Positions 26,828 to 29,739 of a stretch of DNA of 29,739 nt are shown one piece after another. The stretch covers positions 1 to 29,739 of the forward strand of contig JBNJFI010000017.1 in NCBI GenBank assembly GCA_051746725.1, read 5' to 3'. Each line of letters opens with the position of its first letter. Position 1 is the stretch's first letter. Made by a program: the position numbers and the translations under genes. This DNA is from Fusobacteriota bacterium (lineage in GTDB: Bacteria > Fusobacteriota > Fusobacteriia > Fusobacteriales > JBNJFI01). Below the pieces are notes generated by a model. The model searched no databases. It worked only from the letters and a program-made list of their open reading frames with translations, and was not told where the DNA came from.

Positions 26828-28396
26828 GTGAAAGTAATATATAACAATATGATAATTGGGTTAAATAAAAATCAAACTAAAACTATCTGGAAACGATTAG
26901 AGAGACAGGGAATAACTCGATCTAATGTTAAGGATTTGAATTATTTAAAACGATCTATTGATAGCAGAAACACTAATAATATAAAAATCGTTTATAATTT
27001 AGAGATAACTTTAAAAAATAAAATTAATATTTCGCCTAAAAGTAAGTTAAAAATTTCAAAAGAAAAAATAAAAACAAAAATAAAACCCAAAAAAATAGAT
27101 GGAACTATTGCTGTAATTGGAACTGGTCCTTCAGGGTTATTTTCTGCCTTAAGATTAGCGGAATTGGGATTTAAACCTCTTATATTTGAAAGAGGTGAAA
27201 AAGTAGAAAACAGAAAAAGATCTGTTATTAAATTTTGGGATTCTGGGAAGTTAGATGAAGAGTCTAACATGCAATTTGGAGAGGGAGGAGCCGGAACCTT
27301 TTCAGATGGAAAGTTAAGCACAGGAATTAAAAGCGATTATAAATCGAAGGTGTTTAATGAATTTTATAAAGCCGGAGCAAACCAAGATATTTTATATGAT
27401 TATATGCCACATATAGGAACTGATAAACTTCAAATTGTTGTAAAAAATTTAAGAGAAAAAATAATAAATCTTGGAGGAGAATTTTATTTTAACTCAAAAT
27501 TAACAGATATTAATATAAAAAATAAAAAGATTTGTAGTATCAAAATAAACAATTCTAAAGATATAAAGATTTCACATCTTGTTTTAGGAATTGGTCACAG
27601 CGCCCGAGATACATATAAAATGTTATATAATAATAACGTTGCCATGGAAAATAAAAATTTTGCCATGGGGACTAGAATAGAACATCCTAAAGTTGAAATA
27701 GATAAAATGCAATATGGAAAACATTATAATCATCCACTTTTAAAATCAGCTTCTTATAAATTTACATATAATAATAAAAAGCAAAAAAGAGGAACATTTA
27801 GCTTTTGTATGTGTCCAGGCGGGGAAATAGTAAATGCTGCTTCTGAAAAGAATACTTCTTTAGTTAATGGAATGAGTAATAGCAAGCGAGATGGTGACTT
27901 TTCTAATTCTGCAATTGTTGTAGGAATTAAAAAAAATGAATTTGGAAATGATATTTTTTCTGGGATGGAGTATCAAGCACAACTTGAAAAAAAAGTCTAT
28001 AACATAATGGGAAAATATGGAACGATATATCAAAATCTTACTGATTTTTTAAAAGATAAAAAAACCAAATATAAAATAAAATCTAGTTATAGAATGAATT
28101 TAGAATCATATGAATTAAATAAAGTATTCCCTGAATTTATTACTCAAAATTTAAAAAAGGCTTTTAAATATTGGAGTAAAAACAAAAAATTCATATCATC
28201 CAAAGCGAACTTATTAGGTGTTGAAACCAGAACCTCTTCACCAATACGAATTCTAAGAGATAAAAAGGGAGAATCTATAAATATCAAAAATTTATATCCC
28301 ATAGGTGAAGGAGCTGGATATGCTGGAGGAATAATAAGTGCTGCAATTGATGGATTAAAAATAGTAGATGAAAACTTTACAAAAAAGGATGTGTGA
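26828..28396 (+). CDS. Uncharacterised FAD/NAD(P)-dependent oxidoreductase
   Basis: IAVIGTGPSG, FGEGGAGTFSDGKL, HIGTD, GHSARD, FCMCPGG, ETRTSSP, GEGAGYAGGI. GTG 26828 after GAAGG is preferred over ATG 26714, which overlaps the methyltransferase. Confidence 0.88.
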   Translation: MKVIYNNMIIGLNKNQTKTIWKRLERQGITRSNVKDLNYLKRSIDSRNTNNIKIVYNLEITLKNKINISPKSKLKISKEKIKTKIKPKKIDGTIAVIGTGPSGLFSALRLAELGFKPLIFERGEKVENRKRSVIKFWDSGKLDEESNMQFGEGGAGTFSDGKLSTGIKSDYKSKVFNEFYKAGANQDILYDYMPHIGTDKLQIVVKNLREKIINLGGEFYFNSKLTDINIKNKKICSIKINNSKDIKISHLVLGIGHSARDTYKMLYNNNVAMENKNFAMGTRIEHPKVEIDKMQYGKHYNHPLLKSASYKFTYNNKKQKRGTFSFCMCPGGEIVNAASEKNTSLVNGMSNSKRDGDFSNSAIVVGIKKNEFGNDIFSGMEYQAQLEKKVYNIMGKYGTIYQNLTDFLKDKKTKYKIKSSYRMNLESYELNKVFPEFITQNLKKAFKYWSKNKKFISSKANLLGVETRTSSPIRILRDKKGESINIKNLYPIGEGAGYAGGIISAAIDGLKIVDENFTKKDV

Positions 28397-28399
28397 TAG

Positions 28400-29518
28400 G
28401 TGAAAAGAATAATTTTTATATTAGTAATTTTAATTACTACTTTTAGTTTTGCACAAAATGAAAAAGATAATATTATTAATAATACAAAGGAATACTATGA
28501 AAAAGGAAAAATTATACGTATAATTGGAGAATCCTCTCCTTTAGATGTTGAAACTGATTTAGAAAAAAAATTAAAAACAATCGTTGAAATTAAGACAGGT
28601 GAATTTAAAGGCAAAAAAGTTATTATCGATCATCCAATTTTCAAAGAAACTGAATATAATACTTATTATGACGAGGGAGACAATGTTGTTATTTATATAT
28701 CTAATACTGATGGTCTCTATCAATATAATATAATAGATCAAGATAAGCGAAATAAGCTTATTTTTCTATTATTATTATTTATAGCAATAGTTTTAATTAT
28801 TGGAAAAAAAAGTGGCGTAAAAGCTTTACTGGCACTTTTAGGAACCGTTTCTTTAATTTTTTATTTAGTGTTTCCTCTTTTATTAAAAGGATACTCTCCT
28901 ATTTTAGTTGCCGTAATTTTTTCTGTTTTAGCTTCTTTTTTGACAATTTTTTTCATCACAGGATTAAATATAAAAGGGAAAATATCATTACTAGGTACAA
29001 GCATAGGAGTTATTTTTGCAGGGTTTCTGTCATATATCTTCGTAAACTGGTTAGGATTGAGTGGATATTCAAGCCTTGAATCGCTTTATGCTTCTAACTT
29101 ATTTGAAGGTATTGCTGTAAAAGAGTTAGTTTCAGCCGGTATAATAATAGGGAGCTTAGGTGCAATTATGGATGTTGCTATTTCCATTTCATCTTCTTTA
29201 AATGAGATATATCAAAATAATCCTAATATTTCAAAGCGAGACTTATTTAAATCAGGAATGAATATCGGGCGAGATATAATAGGAACAATGGTAAATACTT
29301 TGGTTTTAGCTTATTTAGGAGGATCTTTATTTACAATACTTTTATTTATATTATCAAAACAAAATTTTCCACTAATTCGGATATTTAATTTTGAGTTTAT
29401 TGCAACTGAAATTTTAAAAAGTTTAGCTGGGAGTATTGGAATAGTAGTTTCTGTTCCTCTAACTTCTTATTTTGGAGCAATGTTATATCCCGAAAAATCA
29501 GATAAGGATATTTACTAG
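28400..29518 (+). CDS. YibE/F-family membrane protein
   Basis: GIIIGSLGAIMDVAISISS, GMNIGRDIIGTMVNTLVLAYLG, GSIG....PLT motifs. Confidence 0.9.
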   Translation: MKRIIFILVILITTFSFAQNEKDNIINNTKEYYEKGKIIRIIGESSPLDVETDLEKKLKTIVEIKTGEFKGKKVIIDHPIFKETEYNTYYDEGDNVVIYISNTDGLYQYNIIDQDKRNKLIFLLLLFIAIVLIIGKKSGVKALLALLGTVSLIFYLVFPLLLKGYSPILVAVIFSVLASFLTIFFITGLNIKGKISLLGTSIGVIFAGFLSYIFVNWLGLSGYSSLESLYASNLFEGIAVKELVSAGIIIGSLGAIMDVAISISSSLNEIYQNNPNISKRDLFKSGMNIGRDIIGTMVNTLVLAYLGGSLFTILLFILSKQNFPLIRIFNFEFIATEILKSLAGSIGIVVSVPLTSYFGAMLYPEKSDKDIY

Positions 29519-29668
29519 ATAACCTAGAATTAATTTTAATATAATGCAAATGAAGGCCTTTGCAGTTAAATTTATTTATCTTTAAATAATATTTATTTAT
29601 GTGTGGCCAAAGAATATAAGGGGTTATTATCAAATAAAATTAAAATATTTATATAAAGGAGAGATTAT

Positions 29669-29739
29669 ATGATAATTGGAATAATGGGAGTAGGTCTATT
29701 AGGTGGGAGTATGGGATATAAATTAAGAAAAACAGGTTG
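29669..29739 (+). CDS. tyrA: 5' end of a probable prephenate dehydrogenase (truncated by the window edge)
   Basis: AAGGAG SD; MIIGIMGVGLLGGSMGYKLRKTG matches the G.GLIGGS Rossmann start typical of TyrA. Only 23 codons are visible. Confidence 0.6.
   Translation, partial: MIIGIMGVGLLGGSMGYKLRKTG

Noticed and set aside
1817..29633. Short ORFs in the track that lie antisense to, or out of frame within, long genes (e.g. 1817-2056, 6627-7001, 12646-13023, 18537-18728, 26992-27321, 29397-29633)
   Set aside because: They overlap well-supported conserved genes, show no recognisable motifs, and look like shadow ORFs of AT-rich coding sequence.
1..29739. CRISPR arrays, tRNA/rRNA, transposases, prophage genes
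   Set aside because: No regularly spaced direct repeats, cloverleaf or rRNA-like GC-rich tracts, or mobile-element proteins were seen by eye; intergenic spaces are short.

Overview
Very AT-rich bacterial chromosomal segment, almost entirely + strand housekeeping genes. Lipid A genes (lpxC-fabZ-lpxA-lpxI-lpxB after pcrA) occur together with Firmicutes-like whiA, scpA and a PgpH-like HD protein, which points to a Fusobacteriota-type organism (inference). Layout: (1) accessory left end with a partial SDR-like gene, an M48 peptidase, a Crp/Fnr regulator, an unknown HIHH membrane protein and an orphan ABC substrate-binding protein; (2) pcrA-lpxC-fabZ-lpxA-lpxI-lpxB, two-subunit fumarate hydratase, rph-rdgB and pgpH-like; (3) a lone minus-strand sugar-binding lipoprotein; (4) polA-whiA-NIF3-like-ribF-luxS-scpA-GGCT-like-murJ, an orphan N6-adenine methyltransferase, an FAD oxidoreductase, YibE/F and the start of a probable tyrA. 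No rRNA, tRNA, CRISPR array or transposase was recognised. The most interesting signal is an unannotated 34-aa leader ORF (16339-16443, minus) ending in Ser-Pro-Pro-stop. Its last codons are complementary to the Shine-Dalgarno (SD) of the downstream sugar-binding protein, and a perfect 22-bp palindrome lies upstream, making it a candidate arrest-peptide translational attenuator. Other points of note are a likely ATA start and an EF-hand-like loop in the M48 peptidase, a palindrome over the polA promoter, and the orphan methyltransferase embedded in a core operon.
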